Positions 1 to 14,025 of a DNA stretch of 64,000 bases are shown here, piece by piece. The notes under the pieces are model-generated. The model searched no databases. It saw only the letters and a program-made list of their open reading frames with translations, and had not been told where the DNA came from. The position numbers and the translations under genes are program-made. Source of the stretch: Eledone cirrhosa (lineage: Eukaryota); NCBI GenBank assembly GCA_964016885.1, contig OZ024741.1, forward strand, positions 96,844,001-96,908,000. Direction: 5' to 3'. Numbering within the stretch: the stretch's first letter is position 1; every line of letters begins with the position of its first letter.

Positions 1-2
1 TT

Positions 3-67
<65 letters not shown>

Positions 68-1269
68 TGCAAGCATACGTACTAACACTCAGACATATAT
101 ATATATAACACGAAAAGCGTCCGTGACGAATTTGGGCAATATACGGTATTTGCCCTTATTTAAGAAGAGATGCTCAAATCACATATTAATATTTAGCATG
201 TAGTAATTAAAGAAGTCATCTAAATAAATTTTATAGAATCAAAAATGTTTTACAGAGATGCCTATGTAGATTGAACCAGGAAACTGTCATATGTAGGAAG
301 ACAATGATAACCATTAAGCTAGGCGAGCTGAAACTCTCTTACTCGCTTAGTTATCAGTCTAAATATGAGACGTGAAATGGAAATATACCGGGAAGCTTAT
401 GAGAAATTGGCCAAGTTCGCAAGTTTGAACGGAAGCATTTTGTTACTTTTATTATGTTATATTAACATTAAAATAGCCGACAATTAGGGTAAATTACGCT
501 TTGACATGAAACAAAGGTTAGATATGACTGGAGGAATAGAACCACGCATCGACATATTTTTCTCGGCAGCGATAAAATTCCTTCTGAAATAATCGCAATA
601 TTAGCAATGTCTAGGCGTCTAACTAGTAGCGGCTTTCAGAAGCAAAAACTAAAGTTAGGTATTTATTTTCAAGAAGTGGAAAATGAAAGGAAAGCCGAGC
701 TTCAGTACACGTTAAACAATGGACAACCTACTAGACAGGAAATTCTAATCCCGAAAATGTGGAATTGATATATAGTTGGTGAATGAACAAGTCTAATTTC
801 ACTAAACATATTCAGGATCAGTAACAATACAATATTGTATTGTGACATTATTGACATAAGGTAAAGAGGCACGTTCTTCACATAAGAATAGTAACCCAAT
901 ATTTCAAAGTGAAGAAAGAAACCATAATACTGAACAGAGGGCGATTCCAAGGATAATAACGTCATAACCTGAAGTAGTGGTTTAAGTAACGAGCCACATC
1001 CAATGTAAAAAGAAAGAAAGGGTACTTGTTGCATAACTAAGTTCATAACATTTACATGTTTAATTTAAAAATATATTTGCCAATATACACATTTAACTTT
1101 GCAAAGATATTTTAACCATCGTCAATGCATATAGATTTTTTGTGCACATACATACATTCATATATTTAAACCCTATACGCCACTTAAAATCCCTCACGCG
1201 TGCACTCGTACACATATATTCATGCATATAGAGGACATAATCATATATCTCTATGTCGCTCTATCTCTT

Positions 1270-1408
<139 letters not shown>

Positions 1409-3911
1409 TTATATATATATATATATATGCATGCATATATATATAGACACACACACAAACATATAGATATTTGTCTATGTCTGAACTAGGTGTTTCTGTA
1501 TGTGTGTGTGTGCGCAGATATGTGCGTGTATTTATTTCCATGCACGTATATATCATTCAATGAGAATATCTGCACGTATGTATGTGTGTGATGTTATGTG
1601 TATAAAGTCACATATACTCACTTTCCTTAGAGAATATTGTATTATTGAGCAGGATTACTGTCTACCCATGTAAGTGCCGGTATTTCAGTGAAATCAGATA
1701 TAAAGCAGATCAGCCAAAGTTACTTTTACTGCATGCCCCATCTATTCCAAGTCAAGGGTTCTATTGTAAACGTACAGATAAAACTGATAACAATGAGCAT
1801 AAATTTTTGGTATTCATTGCCTTCGAAAATATATGCTTCATCCTTTAGCCTCTACTATTGCTTTCTCCATGAATCTTCTGTCTATTTGTTTTCTTTCTTT
1901 ATTTCCAATGTCTTCCATGTTTGTTGCCGCCATGTTTTTACATTTTAACTCACGTTTTTCTTTTGTTGACTTCAGCGAAAGAATCTGATTTTATTTCAAT
2001 GTTAACGAACCATGTAAATGTCAAAGCCACATATGGCGTCAGAAATACGTCGTTGTATCTATCTATCTATCTATCTATTTAGCCGAAAAAAAAAAAAAAA
2101 AAAAAAGAAAGTTATCTATTTAGCCGAGTGTTTGTCTTCTCTGTATATATATATATATATATATATATGTATCTATACATAAACATACATGCATACATAC
2201 ATAGATACATACATAAATATATGTACATACTAACACAAATACATAAATAATCAAGAAAAATAATGATATATACGTAAACAATAAATGGATAACATGATAC
2301 GATATATTATATAATTTAATATTTTACATAGCATAATTCATTGTATGCGTCTATGTATGAATGTATGCATGTATATATTTAAGTATATATGTATGTGTGC
2401 ATGTATGTATACATGTATATTTGTACGCACACACACACTCACGCATATATATATATATATATATATATAGCCATACATATGTTATGTGCGTACGTGTTTG
2501 TGTTTGTTACTAATGTATATACTTGTATAATCACATTTATATATACATGCATATTGCTCTGTGTTTCCTCTATGTTAGCTCGGCTGCGCCTGTGTATATT
2601 TGTTAGTACTTGTGTCTCTTTATATATATATATATATATATATACATTTATATATACATATATATACATATATATATATATATATGCAAATATACAAACA
2701 TATATATGTGAGTGTGTAAGATTAGATCGTTCAAAGTATCACCCTGGAGTTTATGTAAGGCATGTAATAAAATAAAGTTAAAAGAATATAAGAGCAAAAG
2801 CAATTCAATATCATTGTATTTCCCATGGTTGTTTTGTGTTTATTTTAATATCATTGATTTTTTTTGTTTATTTCCTTCTTCAAATGTTAGCTGTTTATCT
2901 AAATCGTTTGTTGAATATTTATTGCCGATTGTCCGGCTATTTAAATTTTGTGAGAAGAATCTTTGATGCTTTAAATTGCCTAGAGGGCATTTTACGACAT
3001 TACAGCAGTATTCATATGTGGATAAGACACCCTGTCTTTTCACTTTTCATTCTGAAAGATTCTATGGGATGCCCCTCACCCAAATCCATCTATGTCTCCA
3101 TATGATTTCATTCTGTTTCTCTCGCCCCCTCTCTCTTTCTCTCTCTCTCTCACACCCTTCGCTCCTCTCTCTCTCATTCTCATTGTGCTGTTACTTGTTT
3201 GTTTATATGTAATTTTACGGCGAACATGTACCGAAAGAAATCATCTGGTTTGAATAAGTTAATTGCTTCAGGAGGTTTAGTGTTCATTGAAAGCCTAGCG
3301 AGAACTAAAGTGGTTATCCTCAACAAAAGTATCTGTAGGAAAAAACAACAACAACAAAAGATGCCAAATACTGACTGCAAGGGATGGAAGCGATCTATAT
3401 GAAATAAAATCCCTGGCAAATCCAGAATATTAGTTTTTCCCCTGCAGCATAAATTTTGCGTTTATTGTGTACACAAACCCTTAACGAAACATACACTACT
3501 GCACCAAATACCAGAACATATGCGAATACTTAAGGTGACATATCTATGAGAGAATAAAATGTATTTTTTTTATTACGCATATATATAAAAAAGCTTATGA
3601 AAAGGTCCTATAGACTGTCACAAATATGAAATTTATTGCAGAATAGGCCCATCCTATTAGTGAGAAGCTGTCGAAGGAAATTATATTTTATATATTTTAT
3701 ATAATATTACACATTCACGCAGTAAATATTGCCTATTTAAAATACAATAGTTTAGTCAAATGAGGGGAAAATTCTCAGGTATTACTAAAGTATTACATGA
3801 CAGCACACAGTAGTTATATTGGGGGGGGGGGGGGATTCAATATTTATCGTTTTCTTTTGTGATAAGAAAAAGAGAAAAAAGCTTTGTCGTATGCAACTTT
3901 CAGCTTTACTA

Positions 3912-4065
3912 ATAATTGTTTTTATTTTTGACACAAGGCCAGCAATTATCGACCCCATAATGATGAAATGTAAAGTCAACTTCGGCGGGATTTGAACTCA
4001 GACCATAAAGGAACGTAACTCTATGTTGTAAAACATGGCGTCCGACCTTCTACCAATACTGCCTC
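3912..4065 (-). mobile_element. tRNA-derived SINE copy (internally deleted)
   Basis: Reverse complement has a B box (GAGTTCAAATC) and the central/tail segments shared with the copies at 10499, 12080, 12466, 17330 and 36715. Confidence 0.85.
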
Positions 4066-4114
4066 GCAGTATGCATGGGTAAATGATAAATATATATACA
4101 CACTCACACACACG

Positions 4115-4146
<32 letters not shown>

Positions 4147-5081
4147 GATCTTTTCTATATTTCATCTGCCTCTCACCCACCTTGTGGATTGTCTCTCTGC
4201 TGACCACTGGCGGGTGGCCTCTTTACTCTGAGGCAATCTTGCCCCTCGTTGTCTTTCACAGCATTGAGCTGCTTTAACGGCTGTTGTAGCGATGTGTTTT
4301 CTCATTGTTATATATATTCTACTCTTAATTCGGCCGGAGATTTACATTCCCATTTGCCCTTTAAAGCATAACTTTATGTATTTACTGCGGTTATGAGATG
4401 CGGTTCTTATTCTGGTACAACTTCTGATTTTAGCCTAAGAAAATATCTATATGCGTGTGTAATTTATACACGCATATATTTATTTTTTTTATTTTCTATT
4501 GAGTTCTTAACACGTTGGATTGATAATGTTTTCGAAAAAACTAATCAACCCGCGTGTATATTATTTTTTTCCTCCTTTCGTGGATCGTAGTTGTCTCCCC
4601 TTCCCGCTTCGTGTCGCTATGATACTTCCTCAGTCAAAAACTGCTGGAATTCAAATTTCGCGGTCATTCGATGCGAGAAGGAGCAACTTAACAGACACGA
4701 TTTTTGACTGCGGTAAGAATTTCTTTCTTATATCAAAGTTTAATGGGCTTCCACTGATGATTTATAAGCCCCCACCTAAATATATTCTTACATGAATATA
4801 TATTAGGCTTCTACATAAACTGGAAATATTCTCCCAACTTGTAGAAAACTTATAATGAAACAATTGTTTGGAAAGAGAGATATACTTTAACTTTAATTAT
4901 ATCTCATAAAATAATACAACTGGTTTTTCCACATTATACATATTGTTAGCACCCCAAACACTTAAATTGGGTTTATATTTAAATATAACCTAATGTTAGT
5001 TGAGTGAGATGGTTACCAGTCGGAGTTTAGCTTTAAATTATCTCTGTTATTGTATTAAATACATTCATATATATATATATA

Positions 5082-5135
<54 letters not shown>

Positions 5136-5139
<4 letters not shown>

Positions 5140-5345
5140 AAGGAGGAGGACCCCGACGGCTGAGCTCAAGCCGTTTCGACGGCTAATTCTCGACTAAATC
5201 ATTTAGTACAGAATTAGCCGACGAAACGGCTTGAGTTCAGCCGTCGGGGTCCGATTCGTTCCTATTACCCACTCTACTACCCTAAGTAATTAGTACTTTG
5301 GTGCGTTATGGTCCACCTGGTTCCTTACCACATTTCTTTCGTTAT
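5136..5345 (+). mobile_element. PLE-derived fold-back element, family A (3' half of HHR plus tail), abutting (TA)n
   Basis: Arms 5148-5190 and 5210-5252 are reverse complements. The tail TATTACCCACTCTACTACCCTAAGTA recurs near 21190, 21387, 41329 and, reversed, 50637. Confidence 0.8.
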
Positions 5346-5402
5346 TCTTTTAATAAGTTTCCAGAGTCCTCGCTATGCCTGGAGACTTTTACGGAAAAAG
5401 AC

Positions 5403-5481
5403 TTTCCTGATGACGGAATGATTTTCGATATGTTTCTTCGGAAAATATATTTACTCCATTCCAGAAACTAATTAGTTGGAA
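5403..5481 (+). ncRNA. Type I hammerhead ribozyme
   Basis: TTTC-CTGATGA(5407-13)-C-GGAATG...CATTCC-A-GAAAC(5464-68). Stem III is the palindrome AACTAATTAGTT, the triplet is GUU, and GGAA closes stem I. Confidence 0.75.
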
Positions 5482-5528
5482 TTGATTTTTTAGTAAGTAA
5501 GTTAATTTTATAATTTTCTTATTTTACG

Positions 5529-5765
<237 letters not shown>

Positions 5766-6612
5766 ATGTCAGGTCACTCTTGAGTGCTACTGGTAACATG
5801 TAAACCAGTACAACCTGTCGCATGGTCGGGTCGTCGGCGACTAAACTGGCAACACCACTAAGTATGTTTGGTGAGGAGGGTGATTTTGGTCACCCTGCAG
5901 GACAAAAAACAACAGCTGACAAAGGGCGGAAGAAGACATAGGAGTCAACGGCCATCTATAGGGAGGGCTAGCCATGCCCTTTTCAGGACAGCTCGTCCTG
6001 CATTGGGTCCCACCTGACACTCATCTCTCACCTGTGGCCCCAAGAAGTTGTAGCATGCGACAGCGACCACACCCCGGTAAGCGGCCTTGGCTGTCGGGTC
6101 TAACCAGGTTGAGGGTAGCCGGACGGGTCTAAAACCCCCGGTGAGTTAGATAGGGGTGCTTTCCCCTGCATGCGAAGACTGGACCCGGCAGAGTGAGTGG
6201 AGGACACAACATCGTCCCAACTGTCACAAAGGCGGCGACTGTAAGCGGTGTAGAGCGTTAGGGCACGGCAAGGCACTACAGACGTCGTGGCCATCCAGTG
6301 CAGCCAAGGAAGTCCGTACCACCGGATTCTGGATTCTGCAGCCGAGTGAGTGGGACCGTCACTGTGCACTGGCCTTCCCACTATAAACCTTTCCAGTACA
6401 GGTTCCTTCTTTAGCGTGCACTCACAAAGCCCTGCGGCGATGGGCGAGAGGTGGAGGTAACCTCTGGGAGTTGCCGGTCTGACTCCGGTCTTTTCCCCTG
6501 CCTCCTCTGTCCCCGGACCTACAAGTCAAGGCGATCCTTGACTTGTAGGTCCGGCAGACGGGAACAACAATAAGGAAGATGTCATCATCTTTTACGATGG
6601 ACAACCAAGAAG
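5766..6612 (+). mobile_element. GC-rich non-coding repeat resembling an RTE-clade LINE 5' UTR, flanked by (TA)n on both sides
   Basis: First ~190 bp is homologous to 54164-54355. Motifs resemble RTE/BovB-type 5' UTRs (recalled, not searched). Confidence 0.55.
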
Positions 6613-6613
6613 C

Positions 6614-6648
<35 letters not shown>

Positions 6649-7376
6649 TTTCTAACTCTATAAAGTTAACTTTACCAAATACGTAAATGTCTCAATGAAA
6701 TGACAAGATATATTATTAAATTGTGCACTCATTTAGGAGGGGATATAAGTCAAATCAGCTAACAAATTCACCATTAACTTATATAATACCGACCCTGGTT
6801 CCTGATTCTGAAGTTGCGCCATCAGGAACTCCAAGACATTGGAATAACTAATATTGGAAGAATTTAAGTTTCTTCATCGAGAGGTGAAATTATTCATAGA
6901 CATAAGGGGACAAGTTGAAAATATATCATACATACACTTTCGTTGCTTGACGGTATGGTGAACAAGGTGTTGAATATATTCCACCCAAAGGGCCAAGTTG
7001 AATATTTGTCATACATACCATGGCATTAGAAGACCGCATGGAGAAATAACGTACGTGTTGCAAAGCTGAATTTCTGTATTAACGTTTTCTCCTTAATGTA
7101 GTAGGACAGTTTTTCGATTGCTTCCTATGCATTGTGTACAAGCGCATTGTCTGCAGCGGTGTCAATAATTAGATCTTGAAACCTAAGGTAGCGCATTCCA
7201 TGTTACATGCTTGAAAATAACTAAATACTAAATCAGCACTCTTGCACTCTATTAAGCATATTGTTCCTTTTTCTTTATTTCTATCTATGGTTTTTTTGCT
7301 GCATATACTATGGTTATTTTTGCTACACACACAGACACACACATACACAGACACAGACACATACACACACCCACGC

Positions 7377-7482
<106 letters not shown>

Positions 7483-10400
7483 CTTTGTGTACCGACACAT
7501 GCCCGTATATATGTATATATATAAATAGGTAAAACACAACTCATTATGTAAAGCGGTTTATATGTAATCGTTCATTAGCAGGATTCCATTGAGTGTGATG
7601 TTAATGTTTTGTGTCAAGGCACTTCTCAACCTGAGATGTGCAACTAACGGACATCAAATTATAAGCCCCTAAGACACGCTTATAGCAATCTCCGCAATCA
7701 ACAGCTGTGTTTCTGTGTGTGGGGTATGTTTGTGTGTGTGCATTCATCTCATAAGAAAGCTCAGCTTTTCATATTGCTCCTGGAGAAAAGCCCGTTAGCA
7801 GTGATGTTTCAGCGTGTAAATTACTTATTTCGTGTAATCCCACGTTATTTTCCTTAAGATAGATGCCTGTTATAATTGTTTACCCTTGTCAAATTAAAAA
7901 TGGCAAATTCAGCATTAAGATGGCTAAAATACTTAAGAGTTACAGGAATAATTCATATATAGTACATACTGTTTGTATTACTGAGAATATATAAATGGTT
8001 ATTTATTCTCATAATTTTAGTGTTCTAACCTAAACTGGATTACATGAAGAAAATTACATGAAGAAATTACATGAAGAACATTTGGTTATAGTTTTCTTAG
8101 TTAATCAGAAATATGTAATTTGTTCATGAAGTGTGTAATATGAATGATATATGGTAAACTATTCGTACAAACTCGACGCAGATATAGTTTAGATATATTT
8201 CAATACCATAAAAGAGTATGTTCATATTTCATATTAAATTGCACGAACCGAAACGAGAATTTTCCTTTTATTGTTGTTAGTGTTTTCGCGATTCTTACAT
8301 CACACAAGCAATTAACTGTGATTACATCATGAAATGTCATGCAGTCCATATGAAACAACATTTTCCAGTCATTGCTTTGGGGATATTTCACTAAATTAAC
8401 TGACAGCATAAATGCTTTTATGTTGACTCGTTCTAATGCATATATGAAACAACATAGAAAACTATAGCAATGTTTCATATATTCTACTATTGATCCGTGG
8501 AACATATTGCTATTTTTCTTGTTTGGTAGAAATATTTTTATCGCTATCTTCTTTTATCAAATGCTAGTTGTACAAGTTTGGAGGAACATCCTTTTGAGAT
8601 TGTTGTAACTAGTGGTTCTCGTACACACATAGAATATGTCTTGTATTTATCAGTTTGCGCATTTTCATTGCCAATTCGTTTGATATGCACAATTATGAGA
8701 CAATTTATAATCAAAACAATGTTTATATTTATTTAACAACAACAATATCAGTATTACTAACAGTATTAATAAGGCAGTGTTTTGGCAGAATCTTTAGAGT
8801 GCTGGACAACATACTTTTCAGCGTTTAATTACGGTATGTAAGGATCAGAGTTAAAAGCCTGTCGAAGTCAGCTTTGGTACCAACCTTCCACCAGTTAAGT
8901 ACATGGTCAATATAATCGATTTCTTCCTTTTCAAAATTGTGGCCTTGTACATAAATTAAAGTACATTTGAATATTCACTTCTAATATTGAAAAGTTGTGG
9001 TCAGAAATTTGTAGAGAGAAAAAAGGAGCGTGTCAAATCAACTATAGAATCTGAATATCGTTTTCTTTTATCGAAACTTGTAGAGGGATGAATAAAATTG
9101 AGCCCTGTGAGATTTGAAACAATGACATATATTTAGGTAAGTATGGTACCGAGAGATATTTCTGTGACGCTCTAACGATTCTGGCAACACATAAAACAGC
9201 ATTTTATGTTACTAATATCACTTATATGTATTGAACGGGTTATAAGTGCCCATATTTCTATTTTGATGCATTGCGTCAGGTTGTATTGATTTCGATTATA
9301 TCGTCGATTCCATTCCATATTTAAAGTTGTTAACCGTGTATCTCGCAGAACACATGACTCTATAATCAATACAACAGAATATACACCATCCTCCATAATT
9401 ACGGTGCTGACTTATTGTACTTCATTGTCTTAAGGAGCTTCGATAAAATTCTGTTCTTTATTATTTATATTTTGGTATGACTCTTTTCTCATAATTTCTT
9501 CGGGTTATATCTATATACGAGTATCATTTCGTTCAGGGTATGTATATCTAATTCTTTAGAATTACGTGGACAACAAGTACACCGGCTAGGACTATCAATC
9601 AAATTTCCTTGAATAAAAATGGCCTTCTTAAAAATAAAGAGAAACGCTACATGTGGCAAGATATAGTAAAACAAAAATGAACTCACAGAATGATTTTCAT
9701 GTTATATTTGCAAGATTAGCGCTGCTATTTGGGCTAAACAGTTACAATATATACATGCATGATTAAACAAAGTGAGATGAATATGAATGTAGACTCAGGG
9801 TAGAGTTAATTTAAAATCAAAGCAGTGTATTGCATGAGAAACGTATTTAGTCCGGCAGTATCTAGCATCTAACACAACACATTATTTGTAATGACCCATA
9901 TAGACATATTTTTAGTATACTCACATCATTTCATGGGACAAGACCTTCTCTTCTGACTGTATCTTGGGAAGGTCTCTACATGAGTCAAACCATATTAGCT
10001 TTTCTCAATATCTTGTTCTACGAAATTATTGCAGTTTTTGTATACATATTATATGCCGATGCATACCAAAAGTAGTTGGCTGCTTCAGTAATTTTGACAC
10101 ACAGCAAAAATATAAAAATTAACATCATTGTATTAAAATAAGAAGGTATTAAAAACATAAAATATATCATGCCTTATTGGACGCCAGTTCAAGTAAAGAA
10201 ATGTGTTTAATAGCAGATAAAAGACGAAATCATTTGATGGAATGAGCAATAGTCTGTTTAAGATTATTTCGAATGAGATAAAATATTAATTATTGTCGAC
10301 ACGTTAAACTGTGCTCTCACAGAATTTGCATTTAAAAAAATTAATTGGAGATAATAGAATTAGAAAGCATATATTTTAATTCCGTTAGCATAATAATTGA

Positions 10401-10498
10401 TCTTCATAAAGTACACAGCATATCACTCATTAAGTAATTGAATATTCAAATCACAGTTGAGAAAGGGTTACCAGATATTATAGAACTGATTTAAGATC

Positions 10499-10688
10499 AT
10501 AATTGTTTCTACTTTTTGGCACAAGGCCAGCAATTACCCAGCACATTACTGGTACTTTATTTTATCGACCTCTGTATGGATGAAAGGCAAAGTTAACCTC
10601 GGCGGGATTTGAACTCAGATCGTAAAGGGACGTAACTATGCTGGAAAGCATGTCCGACCCTCTACCGATACAGCCAATTCACCTACTG
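10499..10688 (-). mobile_element. tRNA-derived SINE
   Basis: Reverse complement shows an A-box-like TGGCTGTATCGG, B box GAGTTCAAATC, core GCCTTTCATCC...GGTCGATAAAATAAAGTACCAG and tail GCTGGCCTTGTGCCAAAAAGTAGAAAC. Confidence 0.9.
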
Positions 10689-11166
10689 CATAGCAATATT
10701 CAAGTAGCCAAAATAACGTGTTCTTTTTTATCTGAGGAATATGGCCGAATCCAAAAGAAAAACAAATTTTAATGCTTGCTATAAAAAGTCTTCCAATATA
10801 TTGGTATAACTTCTATATACAATCAATATGAATGATTATTGGCAGGAAAACTTAAAACAAATTTCAAATGAAATAACGGAGCAGCAGTATAACGGCAAAA
10901 TCAGTAGTAATAGAACAATGGCAATACTATATTATGTATGCATGTATATTTATAATATGTAAAGAAAGCGAGTGACTTGAGAAGCATTGGTAACAATTGA
11001 AAGTTGAAAGTGAACACCCTAACGCAAGTGATCAAATAACAATAGATCACTATATATGACGAGTATAATTGAGCCAAGTACTCATGGTGACGGAAATATG
11101 TGTACAGTTACACATTTCAAGAAAAAAAAACATATATATATATGTGTGTGTGTCGGTGTGTGTCTA

Positions 11167-11227
<61 letters not shown>

Positions 11228-12079
11228 GTCTGTCTGCATATGTATTCGCATGTGATTGTTTGGAGAGAGTGAAAATCTGTCCACATCCACATTTGCATAG
11301 TGTTCTCTCGGACACATAACATATTAATGTTTGAAAGTTCATAGGAAGTAGACTGGTAGATTTTTCTTGGGTTGGACATGATGCCTGTGCTTCGTATTAA
11401 TTCTAATATTTTTATGACGCGAACACAGTTCGCAAATGGTATATACCCCAATGAATCTTGCTAAGTACACCAACAGTTCCACCAGTCAACCCTACCTGAC
11501 TTGTATATTATTTATCGGCTGTGGTAAAAGGAAAGGAAAAATCTCATTCCTAAGTTTTTAATGAATTGTGGAAGTTGGCGTGTCTTCATATATCGATAAA
11601 TCTGGACATGAGTTCATCTTTAACTCTATTCAACATATATATGCCAACAAATTATATATCACATCACTGTCTGACAATCACATTAAGACGTTAAAGGAAT
11701 CGATAAGATTGTTTCTCCTTTAAAACCATACAGAGGTTTTATCAGAAAGTAAACCTGTATTGACATAGCTAATGATTTATTCTTCTTTGTGGTTATAGTA
11801 CTACATAACGTGGCAAACTCTTGAGCGATGTTGAGTATTGAATTCAAAAATTGTGGGGTTAAAATTCAATAAAGTATGATTCAGAAAATCTGAATCCTCC
11901 CATATTATTTACATTATCATTTGTAGACAAAATAAATGATGAAAACATATTGAAAAATAAACAAAACAAAAAAACAACAACTTAAAACCCTTGACGGAAC
12001 GTACGAGAATATCATCACGCACACTCACACTTACATACCTAAGTAAAGACAAACCTTCTCAATATATACATATGTATAA

Positions 12080-12280
12080 GGGTGGTAGATTGGCAGTATC
12101 GGTAGAGGGTCGGGCGCCATGTTTTGCAATATAGAGTTACGACCCTTTATGATCTGAGTTCAAATCCCGCCGAGGTTAACTTTGCCTTTCATCCTTACGG
12201 GGTCGATAAAATAAAGTACCAGTCACGCAAGGAGGTCGATTTAATCGATTTGCCCCTCCCCCAAAATTGCTGGCCTTTCT
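12080..12280 (+). mobile_element. tRNA-derived SINE (variant with GGTCGATTTAATCGA segment)
   Basis: A box TGGCAGTATCGG, B box GAGTTCAAATCC, conserved core. Confidence 0.9.
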
Positions 12281-12465
12281 GAGCTAAGTATATACTCGAT
12301 CGATCCCACCCCCAGTAATATGCTGTTTTATTGACTACAGATATATTAATGGTGAAGTCGATATCAGCAGGATTTGAAGTACATTGTCAAGGGGTGTAAC
12401 ATTATAAGGCAAAATAATTTTGGTGCGCAGTCCTAGGCTTTCGTTGTACAAAAGATCATTATTAT

Positions 12466-12636
12466 ATCGGTATAGGGTCGGACGCTATGCTTTCCAGCAT
12501 AGTTACGTCCCTTTACGATCTGAGTTCAAATCCCGCCAAAGTTGACTTTGCCTTTCATCCTTACGGGGTCGATAAAATAAAGTACCAGTAATGCACTGGG
12601 TAAATTGCTGGCCTTGTGCCTAAAATAGAAACAATG
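12466..12636 (+). mobile_element. tRNA-derived SINE
   Basis: B box, core and tail match the other copies. Confidence 0.9.
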
Positions 12637-13725
12637 ATTACAAAATAAAATAAAATAGTGTTTATTATTATCATTATTATTATTGTTGTTGCTGTTGTTG
12701 TTGTTATCATTATTGTTAATAATGGGGTTACTACTAATGCAATATCATAAATGTGAAATGTTCAGATGATTGTTCTAAAGTGCAATATGTATTACATTGG
12801 TGATTATTTTTCCTTTCCTTTCTGTCTTCCATCCCAGAACACTTCTCTTCCATGTCCTCTCTAAATAGAGATTATTGAATAGCATTAAACATTAACATTT
12901 ACAAATTACATCCATCAGCACTCACTATCACAAAACCAACCCCACTGTTGTTATTCGGAAATATACTATATGTTGCTGTTTGGAATATGTAATCTTCAGG
13001 CTGTTATTGTATGAATAAAATTGGTGTCCTATTACAGTGACACGATCATCTACGGAACATTGTTATTAAATACTATATATTTCTGCTTATTGTCTTGGTA
13101 TGCGTTTTTGTTTTGTTTTTAACCCCAAATTCTATAATGATTTATTCATTATGAATGTAGGTTTCAAACATCTCATTGTTCATGTGAAATATATATAATT
13201 GAAATTATATATTTCTTAGGTTTTTGAAGTATATCTCAACATGAAAAATGGTTGTTTCTACTATTCTTTCGTATATTTTAGTAAATTAAATGTATATCTG
13301 ATTTTGTGTACTTGTGTACGTAATATTTTGTATCATCAATATGTGAAAATGTATTTGAGATTCTTTCCATGTTCCTTTTCTTATATTCTAAAGAATAAGC
13401 TTATTTACCAATGCAATTTCTTTGGCTGTTCATATTAATGACTGTTATCGATGTGTAAGAGCTTCTATACGCTTTCTTATTTATGATTCCTTATAATGCC
13501 TGTCTGTGTGTGTCTGATTACATGTAAATATGTCTGTGTCAGTGTGTGTTTTATTTTTAATCGCAGTAAATTAAACATTAAGATGTGTGACTATGTTTTG
13601 TTTTACAACTGTGTGCATGAACGTAACAATGAATCTTTATTCTCAAATATGTGTATGAGTAAACTATTGCTTACTTGTGTGTACATGTGTATACTTGTGT
13701 GTACATGTGTATATATATATATATA

Positions 13726-13822
13726 TAATTGTTTCTACTTTTGGCACAAGGCCAGCAATCATCCAATACATTAGTGGTACTTTATTTTATCGACCCCGTA
13801 AGGATGAAAGGCAAAGTTGACC
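13726..13822 (-). mobile_element. 5'-truncated SINE
   Basis: Tail and core only; ends at CAAAGTTGACC. Confidence 0.85.
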
Positions 13823-13955
13823 AATGCTGCGATTTAATGTGTGCGTGCGTTATTGTATCCAATCTGTGTACATAGATTTATTTTGAGGTAGTTGTATTAG
13901 AGAATGATTATATATGTACAGGGTCTTTTGAGTGTTTGTATACATGTATATAATT

Positions 13956-14025
<70 letters not shown>

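Noticed and set aside
110-760. Possible Tc1/mariner 5' remnant
   Set aside because: Only a vague resemblance; no TIR pair or DDE motif found.
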